Shown: positions 1-7,013 of the stretch, piece by piece
How the letters are laid out: the number at the start of each line of letters is the position of its first letter
Position numbering within the stretch: position 1 is the first letter of the stretch
Origin: a virus
Taxonomy: Duplodnaviria > Caudoviricetes
Direction: 5' to 3' (one strand)
Length of the DNA: 26,436 nucleotides
Virus record (IMG/VR): IMGVR_UViG_3300049144_000042
Location: 1-26,436 of that record
Notes under the pieces: generated by a model
What the model was told of the DNA's origin: nothing
The model's input: the letters and a program-made list of their open reading frames with translations, nothing else
Database searches by the model: none
Position numbers and translations under genes: made by a program

Positions 1-40
1 GGCCCGCCTCGAGCGGACCACCGAGCAGAAGAAGGACTGA
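1..40 (+). CDS. 3' end of an upstream gene (…ARLERTTEQKKD*), truncated by the window edge
   Basis: Open frame from position 2 to TGA at 38-40; its last codons supply the GAAGGA RBS for the ATG at 47. Confidence 0.45.
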   Translation, partial: ARLERTTEQKKD

Positions 41-46
41 CCCGCC

Positions 47-2104
47 ATGGCCACCCCGCTGCCCGATGAGCGCCCCACGCTGACGCTCGTTCCGCCGCCC
101 GCCGCGACGCCCGTCTTCAAGGATGAAGCGGCCGGCCGGAAGCCTGTCGACTCGGTGCGCAAGGTTGCCGAGCGCACCAACCGCGTCGCCTCCGCGGTCC
201 TGCTGCCGCACACCCTCCGCGGCTACCGCCAGCTCGGCCGGCGCTGGGTCGAGCGCTTCCACGACGACTACCCGCAGATGATCGCCTCTGCCGACCGGGC
301 CATCCGTGACGCTGCCGGCGACGTCGCCACCGAGGCCCGCATGCAGGAACGGCGCGCCGAACTCCGCGCCGAGTACCGCAGGCACCGGCTCACCTACACC
401 GGCAAGTCCGCAGGTGTCGCCGCAGCCGTCACCGGAGGCGGCATGTTCGGCCTCGCAACTGGCAGCCTGTGGCTCGACCTCTTCGCCGGCCTCGGCGCCT
501 GGGGCATCGGGGCCTACCACGGCCGCGACCGCAGCCGGCCCGACGTCGAGAGCGTGCTCGGTCTGCCCGCCGACGACACGGTCCGCGGCCACGGCTCGAT
601 CACGCTCGACGACCTGCCCGAAGGCGCGAAGCCGTTCCCGATCCGGCGGGCGGAGACGCCGCAGCAGGCCGCGATCTGCGTGCTCCTCGCGATGGTCGCC
701 GAGGGCGTGCCCGTGGTCGAGGTGTGGGACATGGAGCGGCAGCCGTGGGGCTGGCAGTGCAAGGTCCGGGTCGGCGAAGGCACCCCCGAGGCGATCATCG
801 CCAAGGCCGGCGGCCTGGAGACCCGCTTCGACCTGCCGACCAACGGTGTCCGCCCGCAGCCGATGGTCGAACGCCGGGCGTGCGCCATCCTCCGCCTCGT
901 CGCAGGCGATCCGTTCGCCACCGCCCCGGGCATGCCCTACCGGGCGCCGCGGTCCATCAGCATCACGGACAAGTCCCGGCTCGGCACCTCCGTCGGCGGG
1001 AACCCGCTGGAGCTGTCCCTGGCCGGCGTCATGGGCCTGGTCGTCGCCGCGTCCGGCGGCGGCAAGACCGGCATGCTGCAGGCCCTCGGCGAGATCACCA
1101 CCGCCTGCCGTGACAACCTGACCATCGACCTTGACCCGCACGGTGACGGCCTGGAAGACCTCGGCGACGCCGTCCGCATCACTGCCCGCAGCCACCAGCA
1201 GATCGAGACCGTCCTGCTGTTCCTGCTGATGCTGTCCAAGGGGCGGGCCCGGCTGCGGGCCAAGCTCGGCATGGGCAAGAAGTGGAAGATCAGCGCGGAG
1301 CACCCGCACATCACGGTGATCTTCGATGAGTTCCCGAAGGGCTCCGAGCTGGCCAAGCGGCTCGCCTTCGAGCTTCTCCTCGTCGGCCGCAAGGAGGCCG
1401 TCACCCTGATCATCGCCTCCCAGGGCGGCACCAAGCTGTATCTCGGCGAGAACATCGCCCAGATGATCGCGCTGAAGGCGGTCGGCCCGTGCAAGGTCGG
1501 CGACACCCGCGCAGTGTTCGGTGATGGTGCCGTGGCCGAGGGCTGGCTGCCGCACAAGCTGTCCCCGGCCACCGACACCGACCCGAAGGACGCCGGCCAC
1601 ATCTTCGTCCAGGGCGTGCCCGGCATGCCCGACGAGCCGATCGAGTACGCCATCCATGAGGCGCCGTCGGAGACGCTGCGGAAGCTCGCCGCGGAGCGGA
1701 AGGCGGCTGGCCTGGTGGAGCCCGACCAGGACTCGCTGCGGGCGATGGCCGAGGTGGACCTGCCCGACATCGGGATGCCGCTGCCGGAGCTTCTGGCCTG
1801 GGAGCAGCTGCTGCGCCTGTGCGGGGCCGAGCCGCCGGAGGGTGCGGTCGCCGAAGGCTCGGCTCGGGTCATCGTCGAGGACGCGGTCACCGTGATGGAG
1901 CAGCGGGGTGTCGACCGGATGAAGACCGAGGTGCTCCTGCTGGCGCTCCGCGACTACGACGACACCTACACGATGTGGACCGTCGATGAGCTGAAGGGCC
2001 GTCTGAAGGCGGCGGGCGCCGGGTCGCCGGAGACGCTCGGCCGGATCGGTGACGAGCAGAACCCGCGGGGCTACAAGCTCGCGAAGCTCACCAACCTGCT
2101 GTGA
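47..2104 (+). CDS. traB: TraB-like FtsK/SpoIIIE-family conjugative DNA translocase (685 aa)
   Basis: N-terminal hydrophobic segments (GVAAAVTGGGMFGL…LFAGLGAWGIGAY), Walker A AASGGGKT, Walker B ITVIFDE, GRKEAVTLIIASQ motif, C-terminal wHTH-like region ending NPRGYKLAKL; RBS GAAGGA; immediately followed by an 8-bp repeat array. Confidence 0.85.
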   Translation: MATPLPDERPTLTLVPPPAATPVFKDEAAGRKPVDSVRKVAERTNRVASAVLLPHTLRGYRQLGRRWVERFHDDYPQMIASADRAIRDAAGDVATEARMQERRAELRAEYRRHRLTYTGKSAGVAAAVTGGGMFGLATGSLWLDLFAGLGAWGIGAYHGRDRSRPDVESVLGLPADDTVRGHGSITLDDLPEGAKPFPIRRAETPQQAAICVLLAMVAEGVPVVEVWDMERQPWGWQCKVRVGEGTPEAIIAKAGGLETRFDLPTNGVRPQPMVERRACAILRLVAGDPFATAPGMPYRAPRSISITDKSRLGTSVGGNPLELSLAGVMGLVVAASGGGKTGMLQALGEITTACRDNLTIDLDPHGDGLEDLGDAVRITARSHQQIETVLLFLLMLSKGRARLRAKLGMGKKWKISAEHPHITVIFDEFPKGSELAKRLAFELLLVGRKEAVTLIIASQGGTKLYLGENIAQMIALKAVGPCKVGDTRAVFGDGAVAEGWLPHKLSPATDTDPKDAGHIFVQGVPGMPDEPIEYAIHEAPSETLRKLAAERKAAGLVEPDQDSLRAMAEVDLPDIGMPLPELLAWEQLLRLCGAEPPEGAVAEGSARVIVEDAVTVMEQRGVDRMKTEVLLLALRDYDDTYTMWTVDELKGRLKAAGAGSPETLGRIGDEQNPRGYKLAKLTNLL

Positions 2105-2124
2105 CCGTTACGCGAAGTATGCAC

Positions 2125-2287
2125 CCCTGATCAGGGCCTGCTCAGCCCTGATCAGACGACAAACTCGCAGGTCACAGCCGCTCACGGTGCTGCTCACGAC
2201 CTGCTCACCCACTGCTCTGAGCAGCCCCTGATCAGAGCCCTGCGCAGCCCTGACCTGCACATTCACCCGCTGAGTAGCCCTGAGCAG
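2125..2287. repeat. clt-like cis-acting locus of transfer: about 13 copies of CTG(A/C)TCA(G/C)-type 8-mers in two inverted arms
   Basis: 8-mers start at 2127, 2138, 2148, 2168, 2178, 2190, 2201 (left) and 2217, 2228, 2240, 2250, 2270, 2280 (right, reverse or palindromic); intergenic and directly after the traB stop. Confidence 0.8.
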
Positions 2288-2325
2288 CGGGCACAAACCA
2301 CCACACACCAGACAGGAGACTGATC

Positions 2326-2685
2326 ATGGCCGGACGTACCTGGGAGCCCACCCGAAAGGGCGCCAAGGATCTCAACCGCTGGCTCAGCAAGGGCAAGACC
2401 GTCTACACCCTCCGCAACATCGCCGACGCCTACCAGAGCTACGAGGACGCGCAGCTCTACGCCGCGCACACCTTCGACCGGCAGTCCTGGATCACCGGCG
2501 AGTGGATGACCGGCCACCTCTCCGCCTCCGGGCTCCTCGCCCAGGAAGGCACCGTCTACGAGAACCCGCCGGCCGGCGTCCGCAACATCGCCACCCCCGG
2601 CCGCCAGTACGCCGCCCCCACCTCCCAGCAGGCCCTCGACCGACTCCGCGACGAAGCCCGCACCAAGGCCGGCAGCCGCCGGTAG
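2326..2685 (+). CDS. hypothetical protein (119 aa)
   Basis: RBS CAGGAGA upstream of ATG; strong GC3 codon bias. Confidence 0.8.
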   Translation: MAGRTWEPTRKGAKDLNRWLSKGKTVYTLRNIADAYQSYEDAQLYAAHTFDRQSWITGEWMTGHLSASGLLAQEGTVYENPPAGVRNIATPGRQYAAPTSQQALDRLRDEARTKAGSRR

Positions 2686-2711
2686 ACCACCCCAACCAGA
2701 AGGAGATCACA

Positions 2712-2891
2712 GTGCAGTACGAGCACCAGTCCGTCCGCGACTTCGCGGCCGCCATGCAGCGCGGCGACACCGACACCGCCGAACGGATCATCAACGAGGT
2801 CGTCGAGCGGCACAAGCGCGGCGCCGCCGCCAAGGGCGAGCTGTCCGAGCTGTCCCGGGCGCACGCGTCCACCCCGCTCGACGGCAAGTAG
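2712..2891 (+). CDS. small helical hypothetical protein (59 aa, MQYEHQSVRDF…)
   Basis: RBS AAGGAGA before GTG at 2712; 3' part of ORF-track entry 2502..2891. Confidence 0.75.
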   Translation: MQYEHQSVRDFAAAMQRGDTDTAERIINEVVERHKRGAAAKGELSELSRAHASTPLDGK

Positions 2892-2897
2892 CTCCGC

Positions 2898-2940
2898 CGG
2901 GGCGCCCCTCGACGCCTGCCAGCAACCCAGGGGCGCCCCG
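2898..2940 (+). other. intergenic 12-bp perfect inverted repeat (RNA hairpin)
   Basis: CGGGGCGCCCCT (2898-2909), 19-nt loop, AGGGGCGCCCCG (2929-2940); no U-tract. Confidence 0.6.
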
Positions 2941-2976
2941 CCACCCATCCACCACGCAGCAGAAGGGCACACCCAC

Positions 2977-3441
2977 ATGACCACGGCCACCGCGCCCCCG
3001 GCAAGCCCGCCCCGGCCGCTCACCTTCGACGAGCGGCTCACGCTCGCCGCCCTCGCCATCGACGCCCGCATCACCACCCCGACCGTCGACCTCGACGACG
3101 TCATCCGGGTCCCCATCGACACCCAGCCGCCGGCGCCCAGCCCCTACAGCACGCCGCTTGCCGCCCTGCTGCACCGGGCCCGGCTCCGCATCGAGGCCGA
3201 CGGCTGGTGCCGCGACGCGCTGTTCGACGAGACGGGCGCCGTCTGCCCGATCCGCGCCATCCGCCTCGAAGCCGACAGCCGCGGCCAGGCCGACGACGCC
3301 TGCGTGCTCCTCCTCGAAGCCATCCAGCGGCACTGGCACGCCGAGACCATCCCGTCCTGGAACGCCCGGCAGCCGTCCGTCGCACCCGTCCTGCTCGCAT
3401 TCGAGCAGGCCGCCCACCTCGCCCACACCCGCAACCTCTGA
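2977..3441 (+). CDS. DUF6197-like hypothetical protein (154 aa)
   Basis: GWCRDA…GAVCPIRAI…IPSWNA…VLLAFEQAA pattern resembles the DUF6197 family; RBS GAAGGG. Confidence 0.7.
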   Translation: MTTATAPPASPPRPLTFDERLTLAALAIDARITTPTVDLDDVIRVPIDTQPPAPSPYSTPLAALLHRARLRIEADGWCRDALFDETGAVCPIRAIRLEADSRGQADDACVLLLEAIQRHWHAETIPSWNARQPSVAPVLLAFEQAAHLAHTRNL

Positions 3442-3452
3442 AGGAGAACCGC

Positions 3453-3671
3453 ATGTCCAAGCCCACCCGGCAGCTGCAGGAGTACGCCGACGAGAACCTG
3501 CGCCTTGCCGAGTTCCGGCGCGCCCAAGCCGCCCTGTACGAGAACGCGGCCCGCGAAGCCGTCGCCGGCATCCAGCACGAGACCCCGGAGTACCAGCGGT
3601 TCAACCAGGCCGTCATCGACGCCGGCCGCAAGCTGCCCAAGCGGCTCCGGTACCTCGCCAAGGGGGTCTGA
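3453..3671 (+). CDS. hypothetical protein (72 aa, MSKPTRQLQEY…)
   Basis: RBS AAGGAGA before ATG at 3453; codon bias. Confidence 0.75.
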   Translation: MSKPTRQLQEYADENLRLAEFRRAQAALYENAAREAVAGIQHETPEYQRFNQAVIDAGRKLPKRLRYLAKGV

Positions 3672-3673
3672 CC

Positions 3674-3862
3674 GTGGGCCTCTTCAACCGCAAGCAGCAG
3701 GAGGTCATCGCCACCGGCGCCGAAATCGACGCCGCCGCCAAGGCCCTCGCCTCCGGTGACGACCGCCTCGCCAACCAGCTGTGCGACAGGGCCGGAGAAC
3801 ACCGCCAGCGCGTTGCCGCGGCCATCCTCGCCGCCAGCATCGACTACACCCCGCAGAACTGA
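3674..3862 (+). CDS. hypothetical protein (62 aa, MGLFNRKQQEV…)
   Basis: GTG start 2 nt after the previous stop, AGGGGG RBS; codon bias. Confidence 0.7.
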   Translation: MGLFNRKQQEVIATGAEIDAAAKALASGDDRLANQLCDRAGEHRQRVAAAILAASIDYTPQN

Positions 3863-3892
3863 ACCCCGTCCGCCACGCAGAAGGAGAAGCCA

Positions 3893-4096
3893 GTGAGCAA
3901 TCTCCGCGAGACCGCGATCAACCTGCTCGTCGAATGCTCGCGGCTCGACCGCGCCGGCCGGGACTCCAGCAGCTTCTACCGCGAGCGTGTCCAGCCCGCC
4001 CTCACCGCGGCAGCCGCAGCAAGGCAGGCGGCCGGCATCTTCGCCGAAGCGGACCGCCGCTACGGCCAGTGGCTCATCGACAACGCCGGGCGGTAA
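3893..4096 (+). CDS. hypothetical protein (67 aa)
   Basis: RBS AAGGAGA before GTG. Confidence 0.7.
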   Translation: MSNLRETAINLLVECSRLDRAGRDSSSFYRERVQPALTAAAAARQAAGIFAEADRRYGQWLIDNAGR

Positions 4097-4156
4097 CCGA
4101 AGAGGCCGCCCGGGCCGGGCTCGACGGACAGCACCCGTGGCGTGCGGGCCAGGACC

Positions 4157-4190
4157 AGCCCCGGCGTTCAGGCGCCGGGGCTCTGTTGTG
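4157..4190 (+). terminator. putative intrinsic terminator ending the tra operon
   Basis: 10-bp perfect stem AGCCCCGGCG/CGCCGGGGCT with 6-nt loop, followed by CTGTTGTG. Confidence 0.6.
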
Positions 4191-4255
4191 CGCACCCTGA
4201 TGCACGAATGCGCGTTCGGGTTGCGTGACCGATTCAACTTTCTCCGCTGAACTGT

Positions 4256-4292
4256 GCAACCATGCCAGCCGTTTACGTGTCCTTCACACGTA
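4256..4292 (+). promoter_or_regulatory. putative ECF (SigE-like) promoter GCAAC-N17-TGTC with an overlapping 7-bp inverted repeat
   Basis: GCAAC 4256-4260, TGTC 4278-4281; TACGTGT-ccttc-ACACGTA 4274-4292. Confidence 0.4.
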
Positions 4293-4315
4293 CATCAACA
4301 TTCCCTGGGGGGACC

Positions 4316-4915
4316 ATGAACCGCACCACCCGCATGCGCCTCGCCACCGCCATCACCGCGGTCACCATCGGAGCGCTCGGCCTCACCGGCTGCAACGGCG
4401 ACGCCACCGTCAACGACAAGCCCAAGGCCAAGGCCTCGGCACCGGCCGACACCGGCGCCAGTCAGGGCGCCGCCCCCGCCGAAACCAGCGCCACACCCGA
4501 CATCGCCAAGGTCGGCGACACCATCGGCCTCACCGGCTTCGAAGACGGCAAGCTCGACGTCACCGTCGTCAAGGTCGTCGACCCCGCCCAGCCCGGCGAC
4601 GAGTTCACCGAACCGCAGAGCGGCAACCGCTTCGTCGGCATCCAGTTCCAGCTCGTCAACACCGGCGACAAGGCCTACAGCGACAGCCCCGCCAACGGCG
4701 CCCAGATCACCGACGAGCAGGGTCAGCAGTTCCAGCCCACCTTCGCCGACATCAGCGCCGGTCCGTCCATGTCCTCCGACGTTCGGCTCAAGCCCGGCGC
4801 CAAGGCCCTCGGCTGGATCACCTTCGAAGTCCCCAAGGGTGTCAAGCCCGCCACCGTTCAGTTCGCCATGAACAGCGGGATGGCCGACCAGACCGGCGAG
4901 TGGAAGCTCAAGTAG
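4316..4915 (+). CDS. DUF4352-like lipoprotein (199 aa)
   Basis: Signal peptide with lipobox LTGC, Ala/Pro/Thr linker, then an Ig-like domain (KVGDTI…GNRFVGIQFQLVNTG…LKPGAKALGWITFEVPKG); ATG at 4316 after a GGGGGG RBS. Confidence 0.85.
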   Translation: MNRTTRMRLATAITAVTIGALGLTGCNGDATVNDKPKAKASAPADTGASQGAAPAETSATPDIAKVGDTIGLTGFEDGKLDVTVVKVVDPAQPGDEFTEPQSGNRFVGIQFQLVNTGDKAYSDSPANGAQITDEQGQQFQPTFADISAGPSMSSDVRLKPGAKALGWITFEVPKGVKPATVQFAMNSGMADQTGEWKLK

Positions 4916-4929
4916 ACCCACCCCAGGGA

Positions 4930-4966
4930 GAAGGCCCGGCGTGCTCACGCGCGCCGGGTCTTCCTG
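4930..4966 (+). terminator. putative intrinsic terminator after the lipoprotein gene
   Basis: 15-bp stem GAAGGCCCGGCGTGC/GCGCGCCGGGTCTTC (two G-U pairs), 4-nt loop. Confidence 0.65.
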
Positions 4967-4997
4967 CAACAGGCGACACGCGCTGACCAGCCGACAC

Positions 4998-5027
4998 TTG
5001 ACAGATCATCTGCACCGAAGTCATGCT
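4998..5027 (+). promoter_or_regulatory. putative sigma70/HrdB-type promoter of the late operon
   Basis: Perfect TTGACA (4998-5003), 18-bp spacer, CATGCT (5022-5027); palindrome CAGAT-C-ATCTG at 5002-5012. Confidence 0.55.
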
Positions 5028-5053
5028 CTGCTCAAATAGCCTTCGTGCGCTTT

Positions 5054-5087
5054 GAGGCCCGCCACACTGGTGGGCCTTTCGTCATTT
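5054..5087 (+). terminator. terminator-like hairpin in the late leader
   Basis: GAGGCCCGCCA-cac-TGGTGGGCCTT followed by TCGTCATTT. Confidence 0.6.
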
Positions 5088-5102
5088 GCGGGGAGGTGAA
5101 CG

Positions 5103-5330
5103 ATGCTCCCCGGCTATGTCTCCGCCAAGGATGCCGCCTACTACGCGGGCGTGCCCGTAGGCACCATCTGGCGTTGGGCCTCTGAAGGCCGCATCAGCAA
5201 GACGGGCCGCGGGAAAGCCGCCGGCTACCGCGTGTTCGACCTGCCCAAGGCGCGCCGCGACGAGTGGACGCGCGAGCTGCTGGAACCCGGCAAGCCGCCA
5301 CCCCTGCCCGACGGCGCCCGCGCCGCCTGA
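5103..5330 (+). CDS. small MerR/excisionase-like HTH DNA-binding protein (75 aa)
   Basis: VSAKDAAYYAGVPVGTIWRWASEGRI matches the HTH_17/MerR-type pattern; RBS GGAGGTG. Confidence 0.8.
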   Translation: MLPGYVSAKDAAYYAGVPVGTIWRWASEGRISKTGRGKAAGYRVFDLPKARRDEWTRELLEPGKPPPLPDGARAA

Positions 5331-5334
5331 CCGT

Positions 5335-5371
5335 CCCGCCGTCCGCCGCATCCCCCCGCCCGGACGGCGGG
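5335..5371 (+). other. intergenic 11-bp perfect hairpin
   Basis: CCCGCCGTCCG (5335-5345) / CGGACGGCGGG (5361-5371). Confidence 0.5.
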
Positions 5372-5390
5372 GCTCACCCTGGAGGCCGCC

Positions 5391-5936
5391 ATGCCGACGA
5401 GCATCGCCGAGGGCAAGGACTGGTCCCTCCGCCTGTTCGAGCGCCATCTGCCGGACACCGTGTGCGACGTCGGGCCGGGCGAAGGCACCTACGCCAAGCT
5501 GCTCCGGCCCGTACACCACGGCGTGTGGTGGACGTGCATCGAGATCCACAAGCCGTACATCCGGCGCTATGGGCTGAAGAACGCGGCCAAGCGCAAGGAC
5601 GTGTACGACGAGGTGCACAACCTCGACGCCCGGGAAGCCCCCGACCACCTCTTCTTCCGGGACCTCGTCATCTTCGGCGACGTCCTGGAACACATGCCCC
5701 GCGAGGACGCCGTCGCCCTGCTGCACAAGGCCGAAGCAGCCGGCGCGTGGAACATCCTCGTCAGCGTGCCCATCGTCGAAGCCCCGCAAGGTGAAGTCGA
5801 CGGCAACCCCTACGAGGAGCACGTCCACCACTGGGACGCCGACGACATGGACGGAGTGCTCGCCCAGCTCGGCGGCCGCACCGAGTCGTACCGCGGCGAC
5901 ACGCTCGGCGTGTGGTGGTGGTCGCGTCGTGGCTGA
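5391..5936 (+). CDS. class I SAM-dependent methyltransferase (181 aa)
   Basis: Motif I VCDVGPGEG, acidic end of beta-2 (CIEIH), DLVIFGDVLEHM; RBS GGAGG. Confidence 0.85.
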   Translation: MPTSIAEGKDWSLRLFERHLPDTVCDVGPGEGTYAKLLRPVHHGVWWTCIEIHKPYIRRYGLKNAAKRKDVYDEVHNLDAREAPDHLFFRDLVIFGDVLEHMPREDAVALLHKAEAAGAWNILVSVPIVEAPQGEVDGNPYEEHVHHWDADDMDGVLAQLGGRTESYRGDTLGVWWWSRRG

Positions 5937-5963
5937 CCCCTACAACACGGAAGGTCCGCGCCG

Positions 5964-6236
5964 ATGTCCCGCAGAAGGCTGACACTGAAGGACCTCGGCT
6001 ACCGGGGCCCCACGCCGATCCCGGGGGCCGACATCGAGGTGATCGAGCGCAGCTCGCATGACGGCCCGCCCCACGTACTGCTTCCCAACGCTCTCCGCAT
6101 CAACGGTGAGGACGTGGCTGTACCTGAAGGCGCGCGCGTCCAGGTGCATGACATCAGTGACAGCGAACTGGTGACCGTGACGCTGACTGTCTTCGCCCGC
6201 AGTCTCAGCGTGCGGCACGAGACCACGGCTGAATGA
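5964..6236 (+). CDS. hypothetical beta-rich protein (90 aa)
   Basis: Fills the gap between methyltransferase and HNH; ATGA overlap with the HNH start; GGAAGG RBS. Confidence 0.6.
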   Translation: MSRRRLTLKDLGYRGPTPIPGADIEVIERSSHDGPPHVLLPNALRINGEDVAVPEGARVQVHDISDSELVTVTLTVFARSLSVRHETTAE

Positions 6237-6526
6237 GCGGCGGCTGGCGGGGCTCGGATCGCAAGGCCCGTCTGCCGTCTGGCTGGGAGAAGATCCGGGC
6301 CCGCATCTTGGAACGCGATCCGGTCTGCGTTCTCTGTGGAGTGCGGCCGTCCAGGTTCTGCGATCACATCGTGGCCAAGGCCGACGACCACAGCGAGGCC
6401 GCCCTGCAAGGCGTGTGCGGGCCCTGCCACGACCAGAAGTCCAGCCGAGAAGGCAACGCCGCCCAGCGCGCCAAGCCGCGGCCCGGACGGCGCCGGCCGC
6501 CCGAGCAACACCCCGGACTGAGGTGA
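6233..6526 (+). CDS. HNH endonuclease, packaging cofactor type (97 aa)
   Basis: CxxC…DHI…DH…CxxCH zinc/HNH pattern; basic C-terminus RRRPPEQHPG recalls the L5-type packaging HNH. Confidence 0.9.
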   Translation: MSGGWRGSDRKARLPSGWEKIRARILERDPVCVLCGVRPSRFCDHIVAKADDHSEAALQGVCGPCHDQKSSREGNAAQRAKPRPGRRRPPEQHPGLR

Positions 6527-6528
6527 CC

Positions 6529-6732
6529 ATGCCACGCTACCTCATCGTCCACCCCCGCGACCAGAAGCGGGACGACGTCCTCGTCGAAGACCCCGCCCTC
6601 ACCCTCACCTTCCAGGCCGGCTGGGCCGTCCTCGCCGACGACCGCGGCGTCTGCCTCGCCATCCCCAGCGAGCAAGGAGCATCCATCCAGCGGGTAGACG
6701 AGCAGCAGGAGCCCGCGCCGCAAGAGGAGTGA
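6529..6732 (+). CDS. hypothetical protein (67 aa, MPRYLIVHPR…)
   Basis: RBS GAGGTG before ATG at 6529; codon bias. Confidence 0.7.
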   Translation: MPRYLIVHPRDQKRDDVLVEDPALTLTFQAGWAVLADDRGVCLAIPSEQGASIQRVDEQQEPAPQEE

Positions 6733-6738
6733 TCCACT

Positions 6739-6975
6739 GTGGCAAGCAAGGGACGAGGAAGCCGAGGCAACGCAGCCACCCTCCGCAGGTACTGGACCAG
6801 CGGACCCGGCGCAGCCAAGATCCGATGGGGCACGCCAGGCGACTGGACCAGGTGCACCCGCCAGCTGCACAAGTACATGGGCGCCAGGGCCAAGGGCTAC
6901 TGCCAGCTCCTGCATCGCAGGGCGACAGGCGTGTACACGGGGAGCAGAGCCAACGTCGGCAGGCGCAGGCGGTAG
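6739..6975 (+). CDS. small basic actinophage protein (78 aa)
   Basis: LRRYW…GAAKIRWGTPGDWTRC…KY…GYC..LH..ATG motif recognised from actinophage small proteins; RBS GAGGAG. Confidence 0.75.
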   Translation: MASKGRGSRGNAATLRRYWTSGPGAAKIRWGTPGDWTRCTRQLHKYMGARAKGYCQLLHRRATGVYTGSRANVGRRRR

Positions 6976-7013
6976 GCGCGCGGCGGCAGGCACGGCAGGC
7001 CACGGAGGGGAGC

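Larger units (their letters stand above)
47..4096 (+). mobile_element. AICE/plasmid-type transfer module (traB, clt-like repeats, small co-oriented genes)
   Basis: traB followed by 8-mer repeats and small genes is the layout of Streptomyces conjugative elements; the left boundary lies outside the window. Confidence 0.65.

Noticed and set aside
306-1895. Alternative-frame ORFs inside traB
   Set aside because: Low-complexity Arg/Pro/Ser translations typical of off-frame GC-rich sequence.
2125-2287. CRISPR array or simple terminator hairpin
   Set aside because: Repeats are only 8 bp with 2-12 bp linkers, there are no unique spacers or cas genes, and the linkers do not base-pair across the arms.
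4097-5100. att site or tRNA marking a boundary between the tra module and the prophage
   Set aside because: No tRNA-like sequence, integrase or direct repeat recognised; cannot be fully excluded without flanking sequence.
5391-5936. DNA methyltransferase / restriction-modification component
   Set aside because: No DPPY/NPPY or PC motif and no room for a target-recognition domain; the nearby HNH is of the packaging type.
6958-7000. Five GGCAGGC-like repeats as terminase binding sites
   Set aside because: Three copies are explained by terminal Arg codons and the stop codon; short GC-rich words with irregular spacing.
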